Part shown: positions 1-13,900 of the stretch, piece after piece | Position numbering within the stretch: the stretch's first letter is position 1 | Layout of the letters: each line of letters starts with the position of its first letter | Assembly (NCBI GenBank): GCA_017499595.2 | Contig: CM039004.1 | Span: 868,001-932,000 of the forward strand | Direction: 5' to 3' | DNA length: 64,000 nucleotides | Source of the DNA: Psilocybe cubensis | Lineage: Eukaryota | The notes under the pieces: generated by a model | Told to the model about the DNA's origin: nothing | Database searches by the model: none | The model's input: the letters and a program-made list of their open reading frames with translations, nothing else | Program-made: the position numbers and the translations under genes

Positions 1-294
1 CTCGAACACAGCATAAACTGCAACATGAGGCCACTCACATTCGTCGCTGACGGTGTTGTCACCGGTTCAACAGACACTTCCCTCTCTCGCTTTCTCGACA
101 GCTTGAGCTCTACCAACGATGCAGATAAAGGGTAGATAGAACGAGAGTTGAGCGGAAACCCTGATAAAGTAGACGAATAAGTAAGACAGACCTGACTCTA
201 TCGCGTCCGCCGACGGTGGAGACCTTGGAGGGGTGAGTGTGTTGTTAGGTGGGGTGGTGGTCTGGGGGATGTCGCCCTCTGGCAAGTCTGACAT
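1..294 (-). CDS. 5' part of an unknown intron-containing gene, running off the window start
   Basis: ATG at 294 (MSDLPEGDIPQTTTPP...). A GT..AG intron at ~111-191 gives the continuation ELKLSRKREREVSVEPVTTPSATN, followed by a gtgagt donor. No domain recognised. Confidence 0.4.
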
Positions 295-784
295 GATGAT
301 GGAAGAGTTTGGGATAAAGTCAAGGGGCACTCCCAACCATTTACCCTCGCACTCGGCTAAATCCGACAATGAGTCCCTTCAACGGCACTCTTTATATTGC
401 TTCCTTTAACGCATAAACAATAGTCGCGACCATTGAATAGTATACATTTTGGAATCCCGTGTGTAAGTAAAATGTACAGAAAGCCTATGTAAGAAAACGA
501 AAAGCAGACAGAGAAGAAAAAATGCACAAGATGAAGATGCCATGATAAATAACTATCTAAAATATGTATATAATTTGCCTGTAGTGTGAAAAGCGAATGT
601 GTACGAAGTTGTATCATCAGATACCCTCCCATTAAAATAAAAAAAGGATCAGGAGGGAGCAAAAAAAGACGTTTACCCATGGATGAGATGACCAGACGAG
701 CGTTATTTCGTTTGCTAACCACATAAACCCCGTAATTTTCGTATAGCATCAGATAGAAGAGAGCCCCATGAGTCCATGCCAAGA

Positions 785-3700
785 TTATGGCGTTTTTCCC
801 TCTTGAACACCTCTTCGTTTTTCATCAGCAAGAACTAATATGTCTCTGAGACTCCGTTCCAGAACTGGTTTCGTTAGTACACTACACATCCCGGTCAGCT
901 GTCATAAAACATCAGAAATGAGATGGAAAGGCATACCGATCAACACCAGCCTCCAAATACTCCTCCTGATCTATATAAATAAAGAAGTATACATGAGCAT
1001 TCACGTTCAAAGATAAGCTATCGCAACATTCATGCGAAATTGACGCACCAGAAAGTAGCGCATTTCCTGCAACAGGAACGATCACAAGGTATGAGCACAA
1101 GACCCTCGCCAGAATCAAAGCCAAAAAACTGACCTGTAACCCCAACGATAAAATCAGTCCTCCCCAACTCCCTCATCTTCTCCACCACCTTCAGCCCAGA
1201 CATAACAGGCATCTGATTATCTAAAAACACAACCGCATATTTTCCCTCATCAAACACAGGCTGTTCCTGCTGCTGTTCTAGAATCGGGCCTGCATTGCCC
1301 GACGCATCGCTCGACGGCGTCGAGCCCAACGCAATTTTCTGCCCCAGAATCATCTCTAGTGCAACCTCGCCATTCTCTGCACACGACACCGTGCAACCTA
1401 GACGCGTCAGGATGCGCTTCATCAGTGTCCGCGTCAGCTGGTCATCGTCCACCACTAGCACAGGCATTCCTGGCTCGATGTTGAGAGCAGTAAATGAAGC
1501 TGACGGACTGCCGCGCATAAAGTTGCTGTCAAACATTTTCAAATTGTTGAATGACTTTGAGTCGCTCGAATGCTGAGAATAGCTCGAACCCGCAGATTCG
1601 GTCGGTAGTGGTTGCTGCCCGTCATTCTCCTCATCCATCGTAAACTTCTTGGGAGATGGCAGCTGGACATATGTCGGTCTCCGTATTGGCTGGATCCTCC
1701 CGCCCCCGCCGCCTTCTGAACTCGAAGGAATGGGTATTGTAAGATTAGGCCGTTCAGACGAACCCTCCGGAGACAAGGGCCGTTGCTTCGGTGTAACGCA
1801 ATCAGACAACTCTTCTGGCGGTTTAGTCGGTACATCCTCAGGTATGGCTGCACTGCTAGAAGCACTCGCTTGCGAAGCGTCCACCGCTATTACACTATCT
1901 TTCGGCCGAGACGCGATTGTCGGGCTGGTCCCACGGCTATAGGCACGCTCCCGCAACACGAGTTCTACACGGCCGCCTACAATAACACAAATGTCATGAG
2001 AAAATAAGCATGGTTTCAATGATCAACAGGCGACAGGAAAGACATACCCTGCTCCATAATTCCCTGCATAGCAGCGTTCGACCGGGATGTCCTTGATATT
2101 TTTCTGGACCTTGATGCTTTGCGTGCAGCAGCATCGACCGCCATCGCCACACCGTCCGCGGAATCCGACAGATGGTTCATTCTCGCGCCGGTACGTTGCA
2201 GAGTGTCCAAGTCGGATGAACTCGATCCATCAGGCAGTTCAGGCGGTCCTGTTATGAACGTTTTCGTGCCGACTCCAAGAGGCAGCTCAACCCAGAACGT
2301 CGAGCCTTCACCGGTTTTCGACCGCACACCTAATCTTCCTCCGCTTAATTTGACAATTTGTCGAACAAGCGCCAAACCGAGACCTGTTCCTTTGCCGCCT
2401 AAAGTAAAAAGTATCCATAAATAAGTGTCCCGGTAATCGAAGTGTAATAAAATTTAACCGTGTACAAACCTTGTTGTCTTCCTTGCTCAGTTTGATTGAA
2501 CGCAGCTATTCAAAAACAAACAAACCAAACTCAATACCCAAGCCAAGAACCTAAACATAGAATAGTACTCACAAAACAGTTTGCTCTGGGCCATATCTTG
2601 CGCTTTGATCCCATAGCCCGTATCCGACACCTCAATTCTAACTACAATCATCTCTAGCGGTGCTGGAGGCTTCCCATGCTGAATATTATGCTGGGTTAGA
2701 TAATCTGTTGAAAGGGGCCGCTGGCTATTAGTAGCATCAGCGGCTGCTGCTGCTGCAACATTCAGCAGGTCCTCGCGCGGGTCCGCGAGTGGATCCGCGT
2801 CTGGTGGTATATTGGGCACGATAAGCTGCGTTTTGATAGATAGCTTCCCGCCAGAGGGCGTAAACTTGCATGCATTGCTGTTTTAACAGATACTTAACAA
2901 CAATACTCCGAATTAACAATGAAGAATCCATTGACATACCTAGCAAGGTTGGTTATAATCTGCCGCAGCCGTGTCTCGTCGCCTGTGACCACCCCGTCCA
3001 CATTTGGTGTTTCCTCAATGTGTTTCCGAATTGCCTCATTGGACTCGCCCATCGCCTTGTACGCTGCCTTCCTTGCAACCTTCACAAGTTACACGATAAG
3101 TCAACCTTTTAGCCGAATGTAGACAAATGGAGAAACCAACCAAATCAATATTAGGGTCAAGCTCCGTTTCGAATTTCAGCCCTCTTGCATCGGTCGCAAG
3201 CCGCAAGGGCACAAAAAGCGATCGCATGACCTGGTGGAATCCATACGGCTGCGCACACCAAGGAAAAAAGACCACGACAATGTCACAGGTCAGCTCAAAC
3301 CCACCACGCCAAAAATAAAAGCGAGTGCAAGATCCACATACCCGTGAAGCGGACTCAAACTTGCCACTATCCATCCGATTGCTAAAACCGAAAGAGGTAG
3401 TCATTACATCATATACCCCCTCTTTCACCTCGCGATAACAAAAAAGGACTTACAAGTCCAGAACATCGTTCAAAACTAAAAGTCGCGAAGACAAGAAAAT
3501 AAAATCATTTGGTTAGCAAGGAAGTACTTCGGACATGACCCTGTGAATAATATGACGTACCTTTAGACATCATGCTCAAACTGCCGCAAAGCGCGTGGAA
3601 CTCAATTTCCTGGTCTTTAGCAACGCATCCCGACGCCTCCATGTTCTGAACCGCAAGGACTACAGAATCCATAAGTTTAGCAACGCAAAAAATAGATACC

Positions 3701-5807
3701 TCACATAGAAAAAAATAATAACTCACGCGCTGTGTTCAATGGTACTCGCACCTGTAATTATCCCAAGCAAAATTAGAAAAAAGCAAAAAAAAGCCTGACA
3801 GGCCGATGTCAAATAAACTTATCATGAAACACATAACTGCATCATAATTTACAATCAGCATTTCAATGTACGTGTTGACTGTCACAGGGAAAACGTTCAT
3901 TGACTTACGAAGTGAGGCGCCGTTTCGAATCCGATGCCTTTCGTTCGTTGATCTGAGCCTTCTGAGTAGCCTAAAAATACATCAATGTCAGCAGGGTTGC
4001 ACAAGTGAGTTCAGCACTCTAAAAAGAGTATACCTTAAACTGGATTTTTAGCTGATCCCGAAGCGTATATAGCCGTCTTTCAGACTAGAGGCCATTTGAA
4101 TTGTTAAGAAGACCCAATGACCAAACCCCAACGGAACAAAACTCACGCTTTCCCGAACGTAATGTACGTAAATTAAAACTGCGTCACTTGTCAGCTGGAA
4201 TGAAGTACGGCAGGAGCACAGGATGTCGACTTACATGTCTGAAAGAAGAAAAAGTTGATCATGCCTAAGGGAACTCGTAAGCGTATATACGAAAGATTTT
4301 GATAAATGCATACTTCGGCCCCATGTATTTCGGTGCGGTATAATAGCTATCGACGCGCTATGAATAGCATCGGTTTTCAGATCCCATTTGAAAAGGCATG
4401 TGGGACAGAAGGAAAAATGTGACTCACAACAGCATGAAGATAAGTGCACCCAAAGCCGCTGGAAATCGATTGAGCTTAAGCCCAAAGAGTGCAATGGTTT
4501 GCAACGCCTGGATAAAACACAATCAGCTCCACAGAACGTGGCTAGAGGGTGAAATTACGGACCGAAGTATAATAAAATGTAGCCATGAAGTCCCGGTTCT
4601 GGCAATTGGGGTGTGCGGTATAGAATCCACAGACGATACTTGGCGAAGATAAGCCAGGGAAAAAGAAGAGAATCTCCCAAAAACATACATAAAAATGACT
4701 TGATAAAACGACCTAGAATTCTGGTTAGGATTAGCACAAAGAAGTTTGCGGGTGTACGAACCAACACCATATTGAAACAACTAGGAATATTTGGTAAAAA
4801 TAAGGCCGATCTCGCGGCCAGTCATACATCACCATAAACCTAGTAGAATATGAGCAAAACAGTACGTGTGTAAATTTAGCAGAATACTCACACAATGGGC
4901 AAGCTCAGGAACGGTGCCACCTGGGAGAAGTACAATCAGTGTTGATTTCACCGTTGAGAAAGATGGACGTACGCCAAAGTAAAACACTTTATCGAGCTTT
5001 GCTATGGGGTTATGAGGAATGAAGATGCATCCCAGTACCCAGTTGCAGATGAGCCACAGAGATGCCCAGAGTGCCAAAGATTTCTTGAGGAACCAGCTTT
5101 CCTACATTGTCATATCGGAAAATGAGACCAACGTTTACAAACTAACGGCGGAGGAATCAACGCACCTGGGCATAATGCTGCTCTGCTTTATCGTCGAGAA
5201 AGCGCGAACTAAATATCTCCATAAACAATGGCCAAGCGCGATATCGCATGAAAGTGATAGGCATGGAGAGACTCCAGAACTTGTCGTCTGCGATACTCTC
5301 ATGATCACTGTTCCCTCGGTCTGGAGGGTGGCTGGTTGTCTTCTCCGGACTTCCTCCATGCTCGGAATGGGATATTGAACTCTTGATTTCCTCTGACCAG
5401 TTACGATCGACCACGACCTCATCCACATAGTCGGAGGTTTCAGCACTTTCCAACCTCCGAGTAAAGTTGCTCTCAACAGCACTCTCGCCGAAGAGCGAAC
5501 TGCTGTCGGGCGCAGTACCGGTGCCGATGCGTTTTTTGAAGCTCGCCCAGTGAACGCTAAGTCCCTTGACACGGGCAGTCTTTTTGTTTTTTCGACGAGC
5601 CTTGGAGTTGGAAGAAGAGAGGCTCTGTACTGCAGGTGGAGGAAGGGTATCTATTGCAGTAGAGGTGGTTGGGGTATTCATCGAAGGGACTGGAGAGGCC
5701 TGGGTATTCTTCTCGGCACTGAGTTCGAGGGAGGACTTGGTATAGTGATCCTCAGTCCATTGAGGAGGGGTATTCGATGAGAGAAATTGGGCAAACCACT
5801 TTAGCAT
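785..5807 (-). CDS. Membrane-spanning hybrid sensor histidine kinase (multiple TM - HisKA - HATPase - receiver), multi-exon
   Basis: Spliced H-box [26 protein letters not shown]-box [15 protein letters not shown]1 [11 protein letters not shown]2 [25 protein letters not shown]; receiver VLVVDDD...[11 protein letters not shown]...VGVTGNA...VLTKPV; hydrophobic N-terminal exons. TAA at 787-785. Start uncertain (in-frame ATG also at 6065). Confidence 0.92.
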
Positions 5808-6834
5808 CGAGGGTAGCAGAGTGCTTGACCCCAGAGCGGCGTTGTGGATGTCGTACAAGTTGACGAGACACCCCTTGTGAATGTGCTCGCCAAGGAATAT
5901 CCATGACCGATCAGGGTCTCCGCCGCCCGGCAAATCCTGACTAAGCGGCAGCTCATTGGCTTGTGCCTGTCTCCAATATGCCGAGCCCTCATTGACCCCG
6001 GACTCGAGACGTTCATAAAACTCAATGCTCGCCACAGAGTTCGATTCGAATGGGATCACCTTCATTTAGCTAGCCGTCTGAAAGCATACCAGACACACTA
6101 TGCCCTTTTCTTCTGCCATCTGCTGCCTCGCCAATCATTGTGCCCGAACACGTAGGCGCTTGAGGGGCCCGAAAAGCAATAAACCTTCCACAAACAGCTC
6201 TTCAGATACGGTCATGGATTTGCCGTTCCGTTGCTGTCTGTATAACCGGTCTCGTTCCCATTGTCGAGGCGAAACCTTTTGAGATAGAAGCACCTCCATT
6301 ATTAGCAGTATGCCCCATACACACTGTTGGTATCCTGTCTGGTGGGATTTATCATCAGCAGGGTATTGGCCCTGTGGCACATGTCTATTCTTGGTGGAAG
6401 TGTACTACTGTGCCCAATCCCCACTTTGCCTGTAATCTGATTAAAGTGGCCGATTTCTTGCCAAAATTCAGTGCACGTTGCGATGATGGGATCTAGTGTA
6501 TGACATGGATTCCGCGCACTAAATAAAATACATAGAGGACATAGAGTCATGACAGACCCGACTTTGATCGAAAGCAGGCCATATAGCGGTGCAGTGTTGA
6601 GACGAGGTTTGCGTTGATGGGCACTGTCGGAGTATGAATCTCTCTTGTTTCCCCTCCTCCACCTTCCTCTCCAGATCAATCTCTTCCATCATCCTTGTAT
6701 TCTCCCTTCCTCCCACATAATATTACGCCTCATCTAAATTTTGATTCCTGCATATTTGCCACAATACCGATACTCTCCCTATTTTTCCTGTCTCCGCTGG
6801 GTATTTGAAGCTCAGCGACGCTCAATTGCCACTC

Positions 6835-9800
6835 ATGTCCCACCCCGTTTATCTCAAAAACGGAGATTTGGTCAAAGTCAATGGTAAATTCGTGCTTCTG
6901 CTGCTTCAACAAATGCATTCCAACCACTAACCTATTTTTCCAAGACCATGTATACTGTTCGCCTAGTTGGGATTCCCGCGACGGGACCCCCTACTCTGTT
7001 GCGAGAATAATGCAATTCTTGCCCCCTGAGGACGCACCAAAAGGTCTAGAAGGCATGAATTATTTGTACACCCGAGTCCGTCTCGCCTGGTATTATCGTC
7101 CCAGCGATGTGAGCGACCGCCCAGTGGCGGACCCTCGTCTGCTACTCGCAGCCATATATTCGGAAGTGTGCGACATCAATCAACTACGCGCCAAGTGCCA
7201 CGTGGTCCACAGAGACAAAATTTCCGACTTGTCTGGCTGGAAGAAACGACCAGACAGATTCTACTTTAATCGCCTCTTTGACCCATACATAAAGAAAGAG
7301 TTTGAGGTCATTCCTTCCCATGACGTCCGCAACCGTAAGCACCCTTTTTGCCAATTTCTTTCTTTCCAATTTGTGCCATTAATTACCTAATCATGAATAA
7401 TCCCGATCCACCCACACTCCTCCAGTCCCTGACCATATACGGGACGTCCTCATCTCGCGCTACGAATATGTTGTTGCAGAAAAAGAGGTCATTCCAGACC
7501 TCACAGACACTATCCGACTGTGTGATACATGCCAGGTATGGTGTCCAAGGTAAATCCCAGCTTACAGACCCCTTCGCAACCGTACATAAAGCTTAATCGC
7601 GACCTCTACTCCATTGCTAGCGCCGACTCTGTCCGCTGCGACCGATGCAAGAAATATTTCCATATGAAATGTGTCCAACCTCCGCTCATCGCCAAACCAT
7701 CTCGTGGATATGGCTGGACCTGTGCCCCTTGCTCGCGGAAGCATGAGGAACAGGTCGACAGCCATGAGCTCCGACATGCTACCCCCGTCCAAGTAAAGAT
7801 CAAATCCAACGCTCCAGCAGCTAGAGGACGAGGCCGACCACGCAAGGACAAATCTCTTGCCGAGAAAGAGGAAAACCTTCCCGTGAAGCATTTCAATATG
7901 TGGCCTTTCAGATATTTCGGGTGTGTTCCACTTCAGTGCATATGCATCCCCTTCGGTACTGACAGTGCCATTTTCCAATAGACAACATACAGTCGCAGAG
8001 GATACTCTAGGTGCGTATGATACGATGGGCGGCATATCGGGCAGAGTTGAAGGCGCTCTTTCTTAATTAGACCCCGAAGATCTCATCTTTCCCCGAACTG
8101 CATCTCGTGTTGGCCCCAAATACCAAGCCAATGTTCCCTTGGACCCACAACCCTTCAATCCTCCACCAGGTAAAGAGGTTTTTTTGCCGCTTTATTTGTA
8201 GTTATTAACATACTTTACAGACATGGAAGAGCGAGGGTTGGATAATACAGTCGAGGTTTTGGGTATTTTCAGCAACCTTACCGAGTCCGAATGTGCGTGT
8301 TCGGCTATTTAAAACGTATTACGTAATAACTAAATTACCCCACTCCTTTTTTTAGTGGCCGAAGGTTAGCCTTTTAACCTCTTACCTCTGGGTTTTGTTG
8401 AGTTCTCAACTAACGCGAGTAATGCAGCGGAGGAGATCAAAGATCGTCTTACAAAAGACCCAAAGATCCGCTCCAGCGTGGACTGGCTTACAGAAGTGGT
8501 CAAGAAATTATCTGAGGCGATCATGGAGGGAACCATGAGCAGCGTCAAATTGACTCCGATGCATCAAGAAAAGGTACGTTTCTCATACTCAACAACACAC
8601 TGCACTTTTTCTTACATCACTCAATCTCACATTGCTGTAGTGGAAGAAGTACGAAACCCCCGTTACCGACAAAGAATGGAACCGGGAAGAAGTCGTCGCC
8701 TTCGAAGATGCCATCCAACAACACGGTGCCGAGCTACGCGCCGTGCGCGACGAAGTCGTCTCACGCAGCATGCCCGAAGTCGTGCGCTTCTACGGACACT
8801 GGAAAGCCGAGAAACTGGGCGAAGAAACCCGCAGACGTAAGGCTGCCGGCCCGCCTGCCAAACCTGTGCGATTGCAGTACAAGACGCCTGCGGAGGCGAA
8901 CGACGGGCAGCGCGTCGGGCACGCGGACGACGAGTCGTCGATCATCGCGCAGCCGTCCAAGACGCCGAGCTGTGGCGCGTGCCGGACGCGCGAGAGTAAG
9001 ATGTGGTGGAAGGCCCCCAAAGGCCTTCCAACGAACATTCTGTGTGATAATTGCGGCACGAACTGGAGGAAATATGCGGATTTGAATGTGCGGCCGTTGC
9101 GTGAGGAGTCGGTGCCTACGACGAAGACGCGCGAGAAGAGGGAGGGTACGCCGTTGGCTGGGCCATCGACGAAACGGCCTCGAGTACGTTTCAGTACCAT
9201 GTTATACAGTTTCTGTGGTTTTCACCTGTTGCTTTCCAGACAAGCATATCTGCGCAATCGACACCACCGCCTGTTATCACAATCGCGCCTCAGAACCGAT
9301 GCCTTGGGTGCCAAAGAACGGGTCCGCCAGGAAAAGTGCTCAAATGCAAACAATGTCAATTCCGTGTACATGCGGGTAAGATTTTGTTTTTTACAATACA
9401 TTTGTCGTCAACTATCATTAATTATGACTTCATTTTTCAAAAAGGATCATGCGGCGCGGTCCTCGATTCAACGACAGATGCTTGGGTATGCGAACTCTGC
9501 GAGAACGAGGAAACTCTGGAAGCTTCGATAGTAAGCACCAGCTTAATCCCATTTTACTTACCTCTAATCATATCTACTCCCAGAATCCCGACTGCTTGCT
9601 CTGCCCGCGTTCTGCGCCCGAAGACAGACGAAAGAAGCCGTGGCCGCCAGCGGACAACTTTCTACGCGCCTGCAAACCAACGGAGAGTCAAGGATGGGTG
9701 CACGTTCTATGCGCTGTTTTCACGCCTGAACTCTCTTTCACGGACCCATCTCGGCTGCGGCTGGTCGAGGGGGTCAACACCGTTGTCCGCCACAAATGGA

Positions 9801-10671
9801 CTACCGTAAGTTGTCTTCTTCCATCCCTGTACTATCTAGAAATGAATACCGATTTTAACCAGAGATGCTGCTTGTGTGGAGAAACGGAAGGTGCCGCCAT
9901 TCGCTGCAGCGACTGCATCAAAGAATTCCATCCGTCCTGTGCGTGGAAGCAGGGGCATAAGTTTGGGTTTGAGATCCAACCGGTGCGTTATCAACATTTC
10001 TAAGCCTCAAAGTCTACACTACTAACTGGCCGATTTCTTTTTCGTTTTTTTCAGGTGAAGAGTAGTCGGCGAGATACGACAATCACTGTCAATTTCAAAG
10101 GCGAAACAGGATGCATGAACGCTATCGTTTCATGCAAAGATCACGATCATAGCAAACGCGACATCTATGACATCTGCGAGACCAACGAAGGCGGCGAGGT
10201 ATGTTCACAATGTGCTTGTTTATCCCAGTTCTTTGCTAAAAAAACATCTTATTTTTCCTCATTCTTCCTCTACAGACTGCACTGCAAGTGTACTGCCGGT
10301 CGTACAAGCAGGCGCCAGTCGGACAAGCACACGCTTTGCTGCGCAAGGCCCGCAGACTCGACACCATCCTCAGCCTCCGCAACGACGTCCAATTCGGCGG
10401 CAGCACCACGTACTACCACCACCTTCCGATGATCATCCCCACTGAACCCGAACCCGTATGTAGACGGTGCCACTCCCAGTTCTCGCCCGCGTTTTACCGC
10501 ATCCCCAGCGCAGCGGCCAAGGGCGAGAACGCACTGCCTGGGCTGGAGGGCTTCGAGGGCGACTGGATGTGCCATCAGTGCAAATTCACGTGGAGCGAGA
10601 GCTTGAATACGGCGGCTGCTTCCCCGGCGGCGGCGCCTGTGGTATCAGCACCATCACCTATGGTGATGTGA
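6835..10671 (+). CDS. SNT2: Snt2-like chromatin protein / E3 ligase (BAH, PHD, SANT, GATA-like Cys motif, extended PHD), multi-exon
   Basis: BAH-like RVRLAWYYRPSDV; PHD CDRCKKYFHMKCVQPPL..WTCAPC; SANT-like EVVRFYGHWK; CGAC..CDNC; ePHD WVHVLCAVFTPE..CSDCIKEFHPSCA. ATG 6835, TGA 10669-10671. Confidence 0.85.
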
Positions 10672-10976
10672 TGTTGCATGTGTATTTTGTATGGCATGGA
10701 CGGACACGACGCGACATAACATGTCAATGCTTCGATACGTGTACTGTGTGGCGAATGATTAGCTATAAAGTACATATCCTTGAGTGGGTTCCTACTGTGA
10801 AAAAAGAGGGGTTATGCGAAGGGTAGTATACAAATGGCTTGGGGATAAAACAGCTACATCGACGTTGCAGGTTGGGTCAGAGTCAGGAGGGCAGGTATGG
10901 GTAAATACGAAGTGGGCAGAATGAGAGAAATAGAGAGATAGAAAGGGGGAAAATATGAGAATAAACTAGTTGTACT

Positions 10977-13900
10977 CTAGGGTCGAACGCGTTTGTAAAA
11001 CAGGACATATGCCTTTTGGTTCTACATAGAATAAACGGGTTGTATTAGATTCGGTGAAATTATTATTTTATTATTTTGATACGACGTACCACTACTTGTT
11101 TGGGATCCACTGGTTTGACGCTACTGTCGTCGCAGTACATCCATCCTCCTCGTGAGGCAATGAAAGCGGTATCTATTCGCAGCGCAAGCCTTAAGTCAAA
11201 CCCAAAAATAACCCAAAGATAAACAGGAAAGAGACATACAATGCCCACTACTAAGGAAACCATAATGATTCGTCACACCGTACAAGTCATACCGATACGG
11301 TGGTAGCTGCGTCCGGGGGTCGTCCAGCGACAATGGCTGCCCGCCATTCAACTGCGACCGATCCGCATCAGGCGCAAGCGGTGGCGGCATATAATTCGTC
11401 AAATCCAAGCTCTTCATCGGGAAATCAACAAACGTGTCGACTTTGTCGGAGAACCGGCCGTTCGCCTCAAAGCGCTTCAGATGGATCATCAGTATCGGCG
11501 GCAGACGGGCGAGCGAGAGTTTTTTCGAGGCGCGTCGTTTGGTTTTGCATTTCGGGCAGTCCCTTGGGTCATGTAAGTAAACAATAATGCCATGTAAGAG
11601 GCATCCAATTTGACATACCAAGCGTCATCCTTCTCCAACACCTCCTCGTTGAAGAAGGCATCCAGACATTTTTCAATTGGCACCTTGCCGCTCCTGGCGT
11701 GGGGTATAGGGAGTTGCAAAATCGAAAACACATTATAAGTAGTAGATGTCTACATGCAACCCACCATCACCATCGATCAGACATCCTTCTTCCAATCATT
11801 CAAAATTGAACAAAATAAAGAACATACCGTATGACACGTCAAACACTCCAGCCTATTCCTAAACTGTCCCTGGAAAAAGTCCACGATGAGACTATCGTTA
11901 CGGGAGCGCCACGCCCTCCACTCGCGGTCGCTTGCGATCTGCGGCGGGAGCCGCTCGAGCTCTGCCTCCTCCTCCGGCGACGGGGTATACGTCGGCTTGG
12001 CGATGATGCGGTTCAGATCCTCATGGATGCCGTCGATGAGGAAGCTCAGGAACTCTTGCGAGTCGTGCTGCTCAGAACCTTTATACTGCGACTTGAGCTG
12101 ACATATTGATTGCTGGATGATGAATACGGGATGTAAGCACGTGGGGGAAAGGAGAGTCAGGCAAGAGATAGAACGAACCCGGAAATCAGTCGGCACAATG
12201 TACGACGAATCACCACCCCACATCTCATGCAGCAGCTTGGCGAACACGCCCGTCAGTTTGCCTTTGGTGCCCAACGGGTTGGTATAATTAACCGCGCTCT
12301 TCCATCGGCCCTCTATCATCATCATCATCATCAAACGCAAAAGCAAAAAGGCAAAAAAAAACTCATTAGCCAAAAAGCTTTTTTTCAAAAACACTCACAA
12401 ATCAAAAATTACGCACCAGTGAAAAACCTCGAGAACGGTACCGTCGCATTCAAACATTGAATCGGGGCATTCATATAACACGTATTACCCAAATTCTTCA
12501 AACCAGACGTGCCCACATTCACTTCGGGCCAGTAGGCAACCGGATAGTCTGACGCGATGCGCGGCGGCTTCGGCCCGCCCAGCACCAGTGCGCTCGTGCT
12601 GCCGTTGACACTCCCATTCGCATACAGACCACCAGTGCCAGAACCGCTGAGGCTCGACCCCGTGATCTGCTGTACCCGCGGCCGGTTGTCCTGCCGCTCC
12701 GACGGCGGCGCGGCAACGGGAGGCGGGCGCGGGATGGTCACGTTCGGCGGCGGTGACGCGAGCCCCATGCGGCCCATGCCCATACCAGTCAACCCAGCAC
12801 TGCCCATGCCGCTGATACTCATTCCACCCATACCCGCACTCAAATCCGGGTAATCGATCTGCATCGGCGCTCTCGCATTGCTGCTCCCACCGCCAGTCGA
12901 AAACGACAGAGCCTCCTGCGACTGGTCGATGTAGTCACTCCGCCGGCGCGACAGCGATGGGTTAATAGACGCCTGCGGCGGCGACGCAATGTCATACTGG
13001 TACTGTGACGGGTACGCGTAAGGCGACGGCGACGGCACGGACGTTGGCGGAGGCGAGATGAACGGGTTCGTGGACGTGATATTCGCGCTCGTCACCACAC
13101 CAGCACTCGAGACCGTGACCGGCGAGGGTGAGTACCCGCCCGATGCAGATACAGGCGGCGATGAAATGTGTCTCGCGAACTGGGGGTACGAGATCGTTGA
13201 TGTCGACGTCGATGTTGAAGCGGATACGGACACCGACCCAGGAACCGTGGTACCCATCCCGCTCGCAGAGGAGGAGGGGCCATCGTTCAAGCTCCTCGAG
13301 AACGAGATGGAGCCCGAACTCGGGCGGAGCATCGCTGGGCGTCTCTGCAGATTTTTGTCCCCTCGGTCTGACCCACTAGCACCATTGTATCCCGTGTCAG
13401 CAGGTGCTCTGTTTACCATTTGTCAGTTAGCTCTCTTTTAACCTTCCGTGTATTTTATTTTTCGCAAAAGAAGTACGAACCGTGTGTGCCCCGACTGATC
13501 TACCGACATTGACACGCGATGTTGCTGCTGCTGCTGTTGCGGCGGCGTCCACACTTCATGCTGCTGCTGGCCCGTCATATTCACCGCAACACCTCCACTT
13601 GAATAGCTCTGCGCCACACCCACAGGCTTCGTTGGAACCGGCTTCTGAATATCCATACCAACCCCTCCTGCACCCGGAGGAGTACTCCCACTGCCCCTAA
13701 TCAGACCAACCTCGCCAATCTCGCGCTTCCACGCCTCGAGCCCACCAACAAGCATCATCGGCATACGCTTTAGCACCTTCCTAAACGCGCGCTCGAAGAT
13801 CACGCGCACGAGGATGCCCAGCGGCGAGTCATGCGATGAGGATGAGGAGGCGAAGGACGTGGAGGATGCATCGTACACGGCGACGAGATCGAATTTGTCG

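Noticed and set aside
67-369. MSD-starting ORF as an MSDIN-type cyclic peptide precursor
   Set aside because: No MSDINxxRLP leader or conserved follower; the region reads as the first exons of an ordinary gene.
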